Source: Raja brachyura
Lineage: Eukaryota
DNA: 64,000 nt
Assembly (NCBI GenBank): GCA_963514005.1
Contig: OY740806.1
Coordinates: forward strand, 19,468,001-19,532,000
Direction: 5' to 3'
Shown here: positions 1 to 12,281 of the stretch, in pieces
Layout: each line of letters starts with the position of its first letter
How positions within the stretch are numbered: position 1 is the first letter of the stretch
The notes under the pieces: generated by a model
Told to the model about the DNA's origin: nothing
The model's database searches: none
The model's input: only the letters and a program-made list of their open reading frames with translations
Made by a program: the position numbers and the translations under genes

Positions 1-1278
1 CTTGAACATTGAGCAAAAAATCAACTGGTGGAGAAGCTCAGCAGGTTATCAGTATCTATGAAGGGAAATAATAGATGATGTTTTGGGTCAGGGCCCTTCT
101 TCAAAACTCAGGAACAGTCCTGACCTAAAATGTCATTTGTCATTTCTCTCCACAACTGTCATCTGAACCACTAAGTTCTGCCAGCAGTTTGCTTTCTGCT
201 CCGAGATTTAAACATTTAGTTGCAGCAATTGACCATGCATCTTTGTGGAAAAGCATAGCTCTTTGTGGAAAAGTATTCCAAACTTCTACCACCCTCTGTG
301 GAAATTTCTACCATCCTCAACTTAATCTTTTGAAGTCCAGCTCCAGTTTAGACTCGCTCCGAAGCCCAACTTCTCCATTGAACTGAAGCAGTTTCTCTCT
401 GTCCATTTTATCAGCTTCAACACTCTGAAAACTTATCAAATTAGCTCATATTCAAGTCAATTCAAGATAATCTACCCTGTTTTCATATGCCAACTCCTGA
501 TATACAAATATCTTCTAATACATTTTAATTAAAATCTTGTCAAGGTCAATATGTTTTTGTAAAGATGCAGTGCTGTCAATACTCCAGGTATAATCAGAAC
601 AGAACATTGTGTAGGTCTAACATAACTTCTCGCCTTTCCTTTCAGGACTCTTGATATAATGTCCAGGATTTCCTGAACCATTTTAGTTATTGTCTGTAAA
701 GGTCCATGATCCATGTCCTCTTTGAATCTCCACTCCTTTTGTTATTTTACAGCGTTTAGAAAACTCTCAGTTCCATCTATGTTAAATCAATTGTGGATGA
801 CCAATGATCAAATCCATGACCACAACTTTGCCCACTCACTCAACCCATGAATTGTCTCCTTGTAATCATTTCTCCTTGTTCAGCTCTTAATGTGTCCTCG
901 GGGGAACCATTCACCTTGTGTTAAACGTTATGTCCATTTTAGGTTCTCATCATTCCGCACCCCCTTACCATAAGGATGAATGGCCTGCCCTCTCCCAGGC
1001 CTGTTTTCCTACTGCCAGGAGTAATCATGAGATGCAAACGAGTGATTGTCGTGACTAAAGCAACACAATTTCAGCCTCTATGTAGGATAGCGCAAGTTCA
1101 TAACGTCACAGTTAAGGTGAAAAATTATAAGGGGGCTGCAGCCACAACCATATTTTCTAACATTATTTTACAGATGTGTGCTGATCAATAGGTACTTCAT
1201 TGATTCCCTTTGAGCCTCAAGCCTATGGAAAAGGTTCTGTTTACAGCACCTCAATTTTGATGACAAGGTGATCCATAA

Positions 1279-1425
1279 GTTTAGTTTAGTTTGCACGGAA
1301 CCCAAAGCGCGCAGCCACAGGGAAAATGCACAACCTCCACACAGGGCAACACCCAAGGTCAGGGTCGAACCTGGGCCTGGGACGCTGTGAAACAGCTGCT
1401 TTACCAGCTGCGCTACTGTGGCAAC
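1279..1425 (-). mobile_element. tRNA-derived SINE (HE1/V-SINE-like), internally deleted
   Basis: gtttagtttagttt tail and reverse-complement tRNA-like head (gtcagggtcgaacctggg...ctgcgctactgtg). Confidence 0.65.
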
Positions 1426-2199
1426 CGGAAGTACACCCAGAGCTGCAGTTATGGTGCAATTTGCAAATGCAAGTTCTTCCCATCCCCACTACTCCCAGAG
1501 TAATATGTTTCAGTTTTCCGTATTTTAATCTAATGTCCTAGATGCCACAGCCGAGGTAAGTGAGTCTGAATGTCAAAAAGCCTGTAATAGGTGCTAGCAA
1601 CCCTGTATGTGGGAGTGCTAACTGCTGAAAGCTTGAACCACTGAGGCACCCTGAGGAATAATACAAATCAAAATTGTTATTTCCAGCATCCTGAAAGAAT
1701 TTGTCAAGGGATTCTTCGAGCCCAATGCAAGTCAAAGCCATGAATTAATGATTACAATGTACAGTAAATGTAACGCTGAATTGCATTTGATTGTACATCT
1801 GACACAGAAATTTTGAAGGGTAATGTCTTCATGAAAAAGTGATTGCAAACCTTTCATTTGTTTCCATACACAAATTGCATTGCAACGTGTTATTTAGATC
1901 TAAGGGTAAAATGATGAAATGATACAGGGATTATCTGGCATTTCTCATTCTTAAAAAGGAAAATACAATCACCAAGGCTTTTTCATAAAGATTGCTGCTC
2001 TCAATCAACAACAACAAAAAAATCTATCTCATCATATTCTGTTGACCTTGGCTTGAGGGAAGCGTAGCTTTGTAATTGAAATTCCTGCCGTGCAAGACAG
2101 GCAGAATATGTAAAACATCTGGGGCTGGAGTCTCCAAAGCAGCTCAACAGCACCTCAGCCAGAGAAAGCAGACAATGCTGGTCACACTCAGGCAGCATC

Positions 2200-2374
2200 T
2201 AGATTAGATTAGATTAGATTTTATTATTTGTCATTTGAACCTCAGAGAGGCTCAAACGAAACTCTGTTTCTACAGCCATACAAACAAAACAATTCCGACA
2301 AAACATACAAACAATTCAATTTTCACAAACATCCATCACAGTGAATCTCCTCCTCACTGTGATGGAAGGCAAAG
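2200..2374 (-). mobile_element. LINE 3' tail with 13-bp hairpin and (AGATT)n tail; same family as 43130-43330 (+)
   Basis: tccatcacagtga-9nt-tcactgtgatgga; agattagattagatt. Confidence 0.55.
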
Positions 2375-3204
2375 TAACTCAGCATTGTCCAGCTGAGTTA
2401 CTCCAGCTTTTTGCGTCTATCTTTGGCTTAATCCAGCATCTGCAGTTCCTTCCTACACCTAAAATGTTAACTATTTCCTTTTCCACATCTGCTATCTGAT
2501 CTACTGAATGGGTACAGCATTAAAAAAAAAAGAGAGATTTTGAGCATCAGCAATGCTTTAGACTTTCACCTCAATTGGATATAGGTTGATATTGAGCTTG
2601 TCCATCCACAATGCTGGATAAGTTGCTGACGGACACAACAAATGCATGTTTGCCTCAAGCAACATGTGATCTCAAGACCACAACTCAGTTGGCAACAGTC
2701 ACTAATGAGCAAGAGGTGCATCATCACAGTGGTCACCAGTGGAACGGTGGGCACGCATGATGTTGTCTCTTTTAGGAGGATCACCTTCCAGTGCAGACAA
2801 CACCACATTAAATTCACGTACCATTGCTTGTTTTCACTTGAGCCCTCCCTTTGTTAACCCCACTGTTGCCTATTCTCCCATTCCAGGAAAAAGGACCATT
2901 TGAAAACAATTCAGACAACGTTTCGTCTTCAGCTGGTCTTTTCAAATACATCCAGCAGAGGAGACATACATTGATTCAGTTGCAATCATAGTTCTAGGCC
3001 ATCAGATATATCCTCACCTTCCTGAATGTGCCCCATTTATCTTCAGATGCAAACTGGACCTGCACTATTAAAATTGATGACTATCCTTCACTTTTTTTTC
3101 AATATATAGGTCTCACTGTTCAGGCCAGGAAGGATAGATACTTAGGAAATCCTTTCCTGCCCAGTTAAGTTTAGTTTAGTTTAGTTTTGCAATTTTGTAT
3201 TCAT

Positions 3205-3440
3205 TTACGATACAATACGATATAACGTTATTTATCCCCGGAGGGAAATTGATCTGTCAACAGACATAAATACACAAAATACATGACACATGAAATTAAA
3301 GTGATGAAAGGAAAGTATTGGGGGATGTTCAAAGATTGGGGAGGTGGATGGTAGTTGGTCTCAGTCTTGGTCTACCCCATGACAGAAGGGGAGGAGTTGA
3401 AAAGTTTGACAGCCACGGGGAAGAAGGATCTCCTGTTCTC
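3205..3440 (-). mobile_element. Rex1/Babar-like 3' end
   Basis: (tacga)n tail, tttatccccggagggaaatt, gagttgaaaagtttgacagccacggggaagaagga. Confidence 0.55.
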
Positions 3441-4747
3441 TCCTGCTTCTTGGTGGAACCAGTCCATGCTCATGAGGTCAACTTCATAAAATAAATAGAA
3501 GCAATTTAATCAGGTGGTTCTGGTGGTACACACCTTATACTGAACCCAGTGTTAAGATGGAAATGCTAGTTAGGTTCATGAAAAAAATGTAACCACAGAT
3601 TTGCCACCCTTCAAAGTTGTAACATCATGTCCCTAAAGTAGACATGAATAAAACAGTAAAAAGACAGAATTTACTGGAAATTCATAGTGGCTGCAGCCTG
3701 ACATACTGCTCTCATAATAAATAAAACATATATTTATAGTTATTTTTTGTATTACAAATGTTATCCTGTGGTGCTATTAAGTCTTGCTTTTTGCAAAAAT
3801 CAGTTAAATTGGCAATAATTTCCACTTTTGCAGATTATTAGTACAGAAACAGCAGGGGATACCAGAGATATCAATAGTTAGTGAATACACCTGTTTGTTT
3901 GCAGCCTGCTATTGCTTTAGGTACTGATGAGGTTACGTCTGAGAAATAAAGTGTTAACATTTATCCTTCACTTGGAATTTTAAATATTAACTCATAAGCA
4001 GAATTCTGAAAGTGTCTATGCTGCCGTTTATAATAATGTCTTTGTGCAATTATCGTTTGCTGGTATATCGAAGAATTACCTAAGTCTTGCAGCTTTTTTT
4101 AGGGTGTGAATGGATAAAAGCACCATTGGAATTATTTGCAGATACTTTGTTCCCTTTCAGGAAAATAATGTGCAGCGAGAACCATTTGTGTGTCCTGATG
4201 AATTTTCACCTCGCAAATGTACATGCCACCTCTTGTATTCAGCAAAATGCAGTGGAAACTAAAGGTACTGGCAACACCTCAGCCAGAATTAACCTGGGGT
4301 GCTGAATGCTGGGGCCAAGAACAACACAAACTGTTGCCTCGATTCACAACCAGTGTGTGAATGTCACTGGCACCCTCCAAGGAAATCAGGGAAGGCAGTA
4401 CTGATTGAACTTCCAGGTCATTTTTGCTCAATATTCAATTGGCATACCATGGTTTAAAATACTAATCGTGAAGACAAATGGGTGGGAACTGATGCACAAG
4501 CACCTCTCCAAAGAGAAATGCTTGCTTGTGAAAAGGTGTGATATGGATGACACAGTGATAATTGGTGTTAAACTGAAGGTGTTAACTCTTTGCTGCTAAT
4601 TGGAGTTATGACTTTTTCCCAGTTCAAATCCATGATGCACTTTCATTATGTTTCAGGATCATTTTATTGCATGTGTGTTACCATTAGCGTCACTTTGCTG
4701 CTCAGTTCCATGACTAAGGATATGTAAACTGTATTTTTTGGATTTCT

Positions 4748-4812
4748 TTTCCTTCCTTCTTTCCTTCCTTCCTTCCTTCCTTCCTTCCTTCCTTCCTTCC
4801 TTCCTTCCTTCC
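4748..4812 (+). repeat. (TTCC)n microsatellite in the polypyrimidine region upstream of microexon 1
   Basis: Direct reading of tandem ttcc units. Confidence 0.95.
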
Positions 4813-4877
4813 CCCTACTTCCTCACCCTTCCTCTCCCCACCCCCTCCAACCACCTCACAATTTTCTCCGATTATAG

Positions 4878-4913
4878 AAGTAAATGAGCCTACGAGCTCG
4901 ACCCAGATTCAAG
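4878..4913 (+). CDS. NTM: IgLON (neurotrimin-like) 36-nt cassette microexon 1, phase 1-1, encoding (E)VNEPTSSTQIQ
   Basis: ttatag|AAGTAAATGAGCCTACGAGCTCGACCCAGATTCAAG|gtcagt. It has a long upstream pyrimidine tract and is frame-preserving. The peptide closely matches the recalled mammalian NTM alternative exon ELNEPTSSTLLQ. Confidence 0.85.
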
Positions 4914-5217
4914 GTCAGTACGGAGCACTGTCATTTCTGTGGCTGCATCTTCTCTGCTGTTTTTCTCTATTGCATGAGGGGATGGGGACCTCTTTCAGCA
5001 CTGCCAGCGGGTTCATGCAGTCTGCAAATAAATATATTAAGCTACCTTGGAAGCAAAGACTCAACAACAACATAATTTGACCGGGATATTTTCTTCAGAA
5101 TATTTTCATTACTACTTGCAACAAGAGGAGTGGAATAATGGTTCTTAACCAATAAAAGTCATACCCCTTTACAATAGCTGTAAATAACACGCAGATTTAA
5201 CAGTTCTACCAACAGTC

Positions 5218-5270
5218 TGTGTGTGTGTGTGTGTTGGTGTGTGTGTGTTGGTGTGTGTGTGTGTTTGTGT
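5218..5270 (+). repeat. Imperfect (GT)n microsatellite
   Basis: gtgtgt run interrupted by tg/ttg. Confidence 0.9.
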
Positions 5271-6003
5271 TTAAATTTAAACAGTATGAAACATCAATAT
5301 ATTTTCATCTTGTACCAAGGACTGCTGTATAATCAAGGTTCTATGGGTTTTCGGGACAGATGTGTTAAGAATAACTCTGTGGCTGAATACCATTGTTTTC
5401 AGATGACCAGCATCAGATGCCAATGGAGGCCCTCACAATAGAATGTGTCTCCATTGTCTGCTTAAGGCTCCATTTTGACTGCTTGAGTCAAATCTCCATT
5501 TTGCAACATATTAAAAAAATCTTGCCAACTATTAATCAGAATTTATTGGTAATTTAGTTATTTCTCATATTGGAAGTGAGAAGGCGAAGAAGCCGAGCCA
5601 AGGGTTTCTACAAGCTGCCTTCAGTTAGCCTTAGGGAGAATTCACTGATGCCTAGAAATAGGGGTTGAGATTCATATCCTACAAAATCCACTCCGATTAT
5701 CTGTGAAATTGTACAAAAATACATTAAAAACAAACCTATGCTGATGGCTGTGTGATTCTGGCTAAAATGACATTTGCTGTGCTAGCAAGGAACTTAAAGG
5801 ACTCTGCCCTGGCTGCCACTGTAGAGCAGTAGAAATGACTGTCATGGAAGTAAGGGGAAATGCAATGGGAGGCTAGAGGTGCATAGTGACCTCCTGTGCA
5901 TCTGGCAAGCCCCCTGCCCCCCTCTATGAGTGATCCAAGCTGATCAACTCCAGGAGTTGTCAGAAGTGGCCCCCAAGCCACTACAACTTGGTGATCGCAG
6001 CAA

Positions 6004-6145
6004 ACATAGAAAATAGGTGCAGGAGTAGGCTATTCAGCCCTTCGAGCCAGCACCGCCATTCAAGATGATCATGGTGGATCATCCAAAATCAGTACCCCGT
6101 TCCTGCTTTCTCCCCATATCCCTTGATTCCGTTAGCCCTAAGGGC
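6004..6145 (-). mobile_element. CR1-like LINE 3' tail fragment (subfamily A)
   Basis: Reverse complement of the 7820-7920 tail (catagaaaataggtgcaggagtagg...gcaccgccattca). Confidence 0.85.
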
Positions 6146-7248
6146 TTTACAGTATCTAACTCAACACATCAGCACAACCATTGCTCTGGTGCAGTTTCAG
6201 TATTCCTGAGCATTGCTGTGTGCAACTTATTAAAGTCAAAATGGGAAGCCATTAGTTGGTGTCATTGTGCCCATTCCTGCATGATGAGGAAACAGCAATA
6301 GGTGTTGTTTACCTCCAAAAGTTCCAAGTTCTGCAGGCTGAGGAGGAAACGTGCACCTATCAAGCCATCACTTCAGTCGATGTGTGCCTTATGCTAGCCA
6401 AGCAACAGCTATGCTGGTGTGAGTTGAGGACTGAGTTCTAATTGACTTTAGTTCACATGGATGTGGCCAACTATTGTGATGAACTGCGGGTAGAGCTGCT
6501 ATGCTGTTGTAATTGTGCTCATGGGATCCACTTTCTCGCGTAGAATTCCAATTTGTTAGCAAATCAAAAACTATTCTAAGAGGCCGTCAGGGCAAACATT
6601 AGGGCAAACATTACTCTTACCAAAAGGAACTAAAACAACAGAAAAATTTATTATGAGAAGCAAAAATTACTTTAATAAATGAGCATGATATCAAAACTTT
6701 TGATGAAATGAGTGTATCTAAAATATCTTACATAATAAAATTCTCGGTGGCCGTGTATTATATTTCCTTTCCGAAATTCAGTTTCATTGACTTTAGCAGA
6801 GTCAGATTTTGGACGCACAGTCATGTCCAGATCCTCTGCTCTATTACTTGTGTTGGCTCTGTAACCATGGACAAGCTTCCATCCCTATCCTAGACTGGAA
6901 ATTCTTGCTGTTTAATGATAATACATTGAATGAAAATAATACTGTTTGATCCATTCCCTTCACAGACCAGATGCATGCAATCAATTTTATCACTCATTTT
7001 ACCCAACTCATTTGTTCAATTGTGTAAAGGCACTAAACACATTTTTTATTGGACCTTAGCAGAAGACATGGAGCAAACTTCTACAACTTTTATCCATAAC
7101 ATCCAGTTTCATTGTTTTTGTTTTCCTTATCATTACAGCCGTATGAGAAAACACACATTAAAAATTTAGAGACCAATCAAACTTGATGACATCTTCAATG
7201 CTGCTGCAAATGTTTGATTAATTCAGTTTCCACAAGTCAGCAAAGTAT

Positions 7249-7934
7249 ATGAGAGTAAGCATGCAGGTACAGCAGGCAGTGAAGAAAGCGAATGGAATGT
7301 TGGCCTTTATAACAAGAGTAATCGAATATAGGAGCAAAGAGGTCCTTCTGCAGTTGTACAGAGCCCTAGTGAGACCACACCTGGAGTATTGTGTGCAGTT
7401 TTGGTCCCCTAATTTGAGGAGAGACATTCTTGCTATTGAGGGAGTGCAGCGTAGGTTTACAAGGCTAATTCCCGGGATGGCGGGACTGTCATATGCTGAG
7501 AGAATGGAGCAGCTGGGCTTGTACACTCTGGAGTTTAGAAGGATGAGAGGTTATCTCATTGAAACATATAAGATTGTTAAGGGCTTGGACACACTAGAGG
7601 CAGGAAACATGTTCTCGACATTGGGAGAGTTCAGAACCAGGGGCCACAGTTTAAGAATAAGGAGTAAGCCATTTAGAACGGAGACGAGGAACCACTTTTT
7701 CACACAGAGAGTGGTGTGTCTGTGGAATTCTCTGCCTCAGAGGGCGGTCGAGGCAGGTTCTCTGGATGCTTTCAAGAGAGAGCTAGATAGGGCTCTTAAA
7801 AATGGTGGAGTCTGGGGAGAAGGCAGGAACGGGGTACTGATTGGGGATGATCAGCCATGATCACATTGAATGGCGGTGCTGGCTCGAAGGACCAAATGGC
7901 CTACTCCTGCACCTATTGTCTATCTATTGTCTAT
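7249..7934 (+). mobile_element. CR1/HER1-like LINE, 5'-truncated 3' end (subfamily A), RT C-terminal ORF intact for 203 aa
   Basis: VKKANGMLAFI...[19 protein letters not shown]...[15 protein letters not shown]...RTRGHSLRI...FFTQRVV.LWNSLP, followed by a 3' UTR and ctattgt tail repeats. Confidence 0.93.
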
Positions 7935-9112
7935 GAATTTGGTGTAGAATTATTGCATATCCACCAAAATGTTGTCACACGTGCTCTTTCATATTCAGCA
8001 AGTCATTAACTCAATAGGTTAGAAATATAATGGTCCCTATTTTCCAATAGACTTCACAAACTACTTTGTTTGGACATCAATGGTCTACGTGGAAGTGCTT
8101 CCAAGCAAAGCACCATTATCCCTAAACTATCAACAAAAACTTGCAGAAGGCCAATGCTAACCCTAAATCTCAATGTTACATCATGTTAACAGTTGGAGTG
8201 AAATGGGATTCCCTTCAAAGACCCTAAAACATTCCCATGACTTAAAAAAACTCATGATATGAATTCCTAAGGGTTATGCATTGCACTGATACATCCGGTG
8301 GTCTGCTTACAAACCTTACCTCAGTGTTTACACATTTCAAGTATCTTGAAAGATTAGTGCTGGAGCTAAAGCTATGAATGTCTTAGTTAAAAGGGCGAAT
8401 GATACAAAGTTGGGTGGGAAACTTTGATGTGAGAAATCAAAGGACTGCAATGGAACCTAACCGAGTAACTAAGCAAGTAGGAAGGGTTGGCAGATGAAAT
8501 GCTGGGCTGGTAATAACTCCAATGAGAGAAGTGCTTCTGTAGGGAATGGCTATGCATCTGTATTTTGATATTCAACACACCTTTGCTTTGTGGATTTATG
8601 CATTGTACTACACACGTTGGAGACGTGTTAGAAAATGTAGCCTAGTGCCTCTGATTTTTCAATGCATCATTAGGCGCTAAATGGCATCCAGTAATGGCAC
8701 CTGAACATTTTACGCTATGGGGCTGGTTGCACTTCACATCTGGCCCCTCAGTTTATGTCAGGTTCCCATTTGGATTGAGTCAGAAATCAGGTCTAAAAAA
8801 GTACTCTCGGGTTAATTCTTTGTTTTTATATTTTTTTATTTTACTTCATATATTTGTTTTAAATTAATTTACTGGTTTTGAAAGTATTTTTTTCTATTCT
8901 TTAATTATCTTAGTCAGTTTAAATGCCTCTGGACATCAGGCATTTCAAAATAGTCAACACACCTTTGATAGCAACCAGCTCACGAAGGCACTCATTGCAA
9001 ATTATGGGGGAGTGGGGTCTTAGGTTCTGCTAGATCTCCACCTGTGGTCCTCTCCACTTTTGGAGGAGTGAATCAGTGTATCATATTTTGCAGGAGCCAT
9101 GTGCACTTGTAG

Positions 9113-9330
9113 GGTCATAGAGTCATACAGCGTGGAAACGGGCCCTTTGGCCCAACTTACCCATGCCGAACAACATGCCCCATATATACTGGTCACACCT
9201 AGCCCATAACCCTCTGAACCTGCCTTGTCAATGTGCCTGTCCGAGTGACTCTTAAATGTCATGATAGTACCTGCCCCAACTACCTCCTCCGGCAGCTCGT
9301 TCCTTACACCCACCACCCTTTTGTGTAAAA
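9113..9330 (-). mobile_element. CR1-like LINE 3' end (subfamily B)
   Basis: Minus-strand HKRVVGVRNELPEEVVGAGTI; gtcatagagtcatac tail. Confidence 0.85.
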
Positions 9331-9589
9331 ACGTTAACACAGACACGACCCAGCCCATATTTAATTTTAGTCTGAAGAATTCAAAAGAGAATATGTTTTA
9401 AATGGCAAAAGCTGTTGAAGTTTGTTACTCAAGCAGGTTTACGTGCTCTTGTGCAGGTAAGCAAAACTTGCAAGTGGGGAAAATAATCAGGAAGGTGTGT
9501 TTGAAGGGGATGGATAACACGATTAAATATATTTGGCCTTCAATAAGAGGCCATTAAATTGGTTCCCAGCAAAAATCAAGTTGAATCTA

Positions 9590-9900
9590 TTATCATAGGC
9601 ACAAGGACGGTGAGATGCAGGTGCAATGGAAATATTGTTTGCAGCAGCATTCCAGGTACATAAACTCAAGAGAACACACAAAAACATAATTTATTCTTGA
9701 ATTTTTCAAGAACAGTGAAAAGCCAAATACTATAAAAGACATTAGTGCAAAAACACTGTGAGAAGACAGGTCTATGATAGTGCAAGAGGAGGTCTGTAAC
9801 ATTCCGTTGTCAAGGTTGGAGTAGAGTTGTGCACATTGGTTCAAGACCTGATGGTTGTAGGAATGTAGCCGTTCTTGAACATGGTGGTTCAGAACCTCAG
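9590..9900 (-). mobile_element. Decayed Rex1/Babar-like 3' end
   Basis: caggtgcaatggaaatattgtttgcagcagca...ggttcaagacctgatggttgtagg. Confidence 0.55.
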
Positions 9901-11269
9901 GCTACTGAATGTTCCAATCCGATGGTAATCCCATCAGGGTTGTCCTTCGAGGGGAGATCGAGCAGGATGAGCCTGTTGTGGTCAGAGCTCAGAGAAATGA
10001 TACGTAATTTCACACTAACTGTCTGAGATGTTCAGTAACAGTTCCTGGATAATTCTGTTAGCCAGCCTAAGGAGTTGGTCATTTTAGAGAGAAGTATACA
10101 GAAATATTTCCCCTGTTTGTGAATCTTTGGACTTCACCATCCCTGAGGGCTGTGTGTGCTTAAGGCTGAGACTGAACTACATTTATTCACTTAGGGAATA
10201 GAAGGACTTGAAGATCGGATCATCAAACTGACTTGTGGCTTTCTCCGATTCCTATTTTTGTGTTGATATTCTTGGCTTTTCATTCAATACTTCCAAAATG
10301 GAACGGGCAGGAGCATTCCAGGTCATAGCTAACCAAAATGACATTTATACTGCTAGCAGATGCCAGTAGATGTAACTGTTCAGTGCAGAATAGTACCTCT
10401 TGAGAAGTGAATGCATGTCTTCCAAACGCTAAGAAATTAAATCTTTACACAAAAAATAGTGATAAAGGAATCTTTGATCACCAAGATGTTCAAAAGATAC
10501 CTGGAGGTTTTGCCAACCTTGACACTGCATTACATTTACACTTCACACAATATTGATAAAAAAGTATTTTTATCAACTCCTCCATTAATATCTCCATAAG
10601 TAGCAAACATATTATATTCAAAATATGCAGAAGTGCATAACAGGAACCGAAGCGTGGGAGTTAAAATAAATCCAATCAATGTTATTAACAATATTTTAAC
10701 TATTAATTTAATCTGGATTATGAATTCAACACACTATTTTGTATAATATGTTTGATAATCCATCCCACCGCAAGTTCATTCTGTTGGAACTGCACTCCAA
10801 TATCAGAGTAAATTTCAATCCATTTAATGCTTCATTTACCTTCTGCATTAGGCTCTGAGAAGAAAAGCAGAAATTATATTTTAATTGTAATTTCTAGTTG
10901 AAAAATAACCCCTTTGGCTTCATTTGCTATGTCAACTTCATTCTAACATATCATGCTTTTCAAAGACATATTGTTCCAAGATATAAACACAAGATACAAA
11001 GTTATTCTGTAATAACGTGAAATGAATCATTTTTCAAATCATTTGAATAGGTGAATAATTAGCTAAATCGTTAATCTCAGGATGAGATTATCTGTAAATA
11101 CAACACCACTGATCGATCCTTGCTTATTACATGTAATCATGTTACAACTCATGACCAAACATTTGTCATTTGAAATTCATATTTATAGCTTTAAGGGAAT
11201 AATGTTATTCAAAAATATAGAGAAGCATCTTTTAAAATAATCCAGTGTTAAATAAAAAGCATCAAACTT

Positions 11270-11407
11270 AGTTTGGACATTTGGACAGGTTCATGGATAG
11301 ATTAGGTTTAGAAGAATATGGGTCAAACATAGGCAAGTGGGACTAGTGGGCATGTTGGACAAAGTGGGCAAATTGGGCCAAAGGGCCTGTTTCCACACTG
11401 TATGACC
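11270..11407 (+). mobile_element. CR1-like LINE 3' tail (subfamily B)
   Basis: catttggacaggt...ttgggccaaagggcctgtttccacactgtatgac. Confidence 0.8.
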
Positions 11408-11469
11408 TAAAAATGTGCATTATCTTCTAAACCAAGTGTGTATTTGACTAGAAGGCTTGGAAATTAGAA

Positions 11470-11698
11470 AATTAGGCGTTTGCATGTCCTCCGGATGGTC
11501 TGGTTTCCTCTCACATCCCAATGCCGTGCAGACTTTTAGGTTAATTGGCCTCTGTAAATTGTCTCTAATCTGCTGGGAGTGGATGCAAAAGTGGTGTGAC
11601 ATAGAACTAGTGTGATTGGGTGATCAATGGTCGGTTTGGACTCAGTGAACAGAAGCCCGTATTTCCACGCCATTTCTTTAAATTAAACCAAACTAAAC
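11470..11698 (+). mobile_element. HE1/V-SINE-like SINE, 5'-truncated
   Basis: ggtttcctctcacatccca...ggttaattggcctctgtaaattgt...aaccaaactaaac. Confidence 0.75.
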
Positions 11699-12028
11699 AT
11701 TTAGAATAATGTATAAAGATTTCCAGACTTAACATTTATCAGGGATGGTACATGACACTAAATTAATATATTTTAACAATTTCATCATCTTTACCATCAG
11801 AATTTTTTAAATCTGACCTGATGGGGGTCATTGTTTTCCCCCATTTTACCATTTTACTCAAATTTCCAGTTTATACACAAACATGTTGCTTGTTTGAAGT
11901 AATACTTTGACAATTACTAAATTTGAGAGGAAGACCATGGTCAAATAACGACCTATCAATCTCCCAATTAATGCTTTGTTAAAGAAAGTTGAAAGGAGAG
12001 TAATTCATCATAGTTCATTGCTGTTAAT

Positions 12029-12160
12029 TTGAAGAAGGGTCTTGACCCGAAACAACACCCATTCCTTCTTTCCAGAGGTGCTACCTGTCCCGCTGAGTTA
12101 CTCCAGCTTTTTGTGTCTATCTTCAGTTTAAACCAGCATCTGCAGTTCCTTCTTACACAC
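12029..12160 (+). mobile_element. Penelope pLTR-derived mini-element with 14-bp TSD
   Basis: gaagaagggtcttgacccgaaac...ccagcatctgcagttccttcttacac. TSD tcattg(c/g)tgttaat at 12015-12028 and 12161-12174. Confidence 0.85.
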
Positions 12161-12281
12161 TCATTGGTGTTAATGTCAGTTTGAGTTTCACCTGCATATA
12201 TTTGGTTCCATTACAGTGAAAAGCAAAAAAGTTATCTGCCTTTGATTCAGGTTTCAATTTTCCATGCCGTTATTGCAAGTT

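Noticed and set aside
7249-7860. 203-aa ORF as a host gene
   Set aside because: It is the C-terminus of a CR1 LINE ORF2, 5'-truncated and repeated many times in the window.
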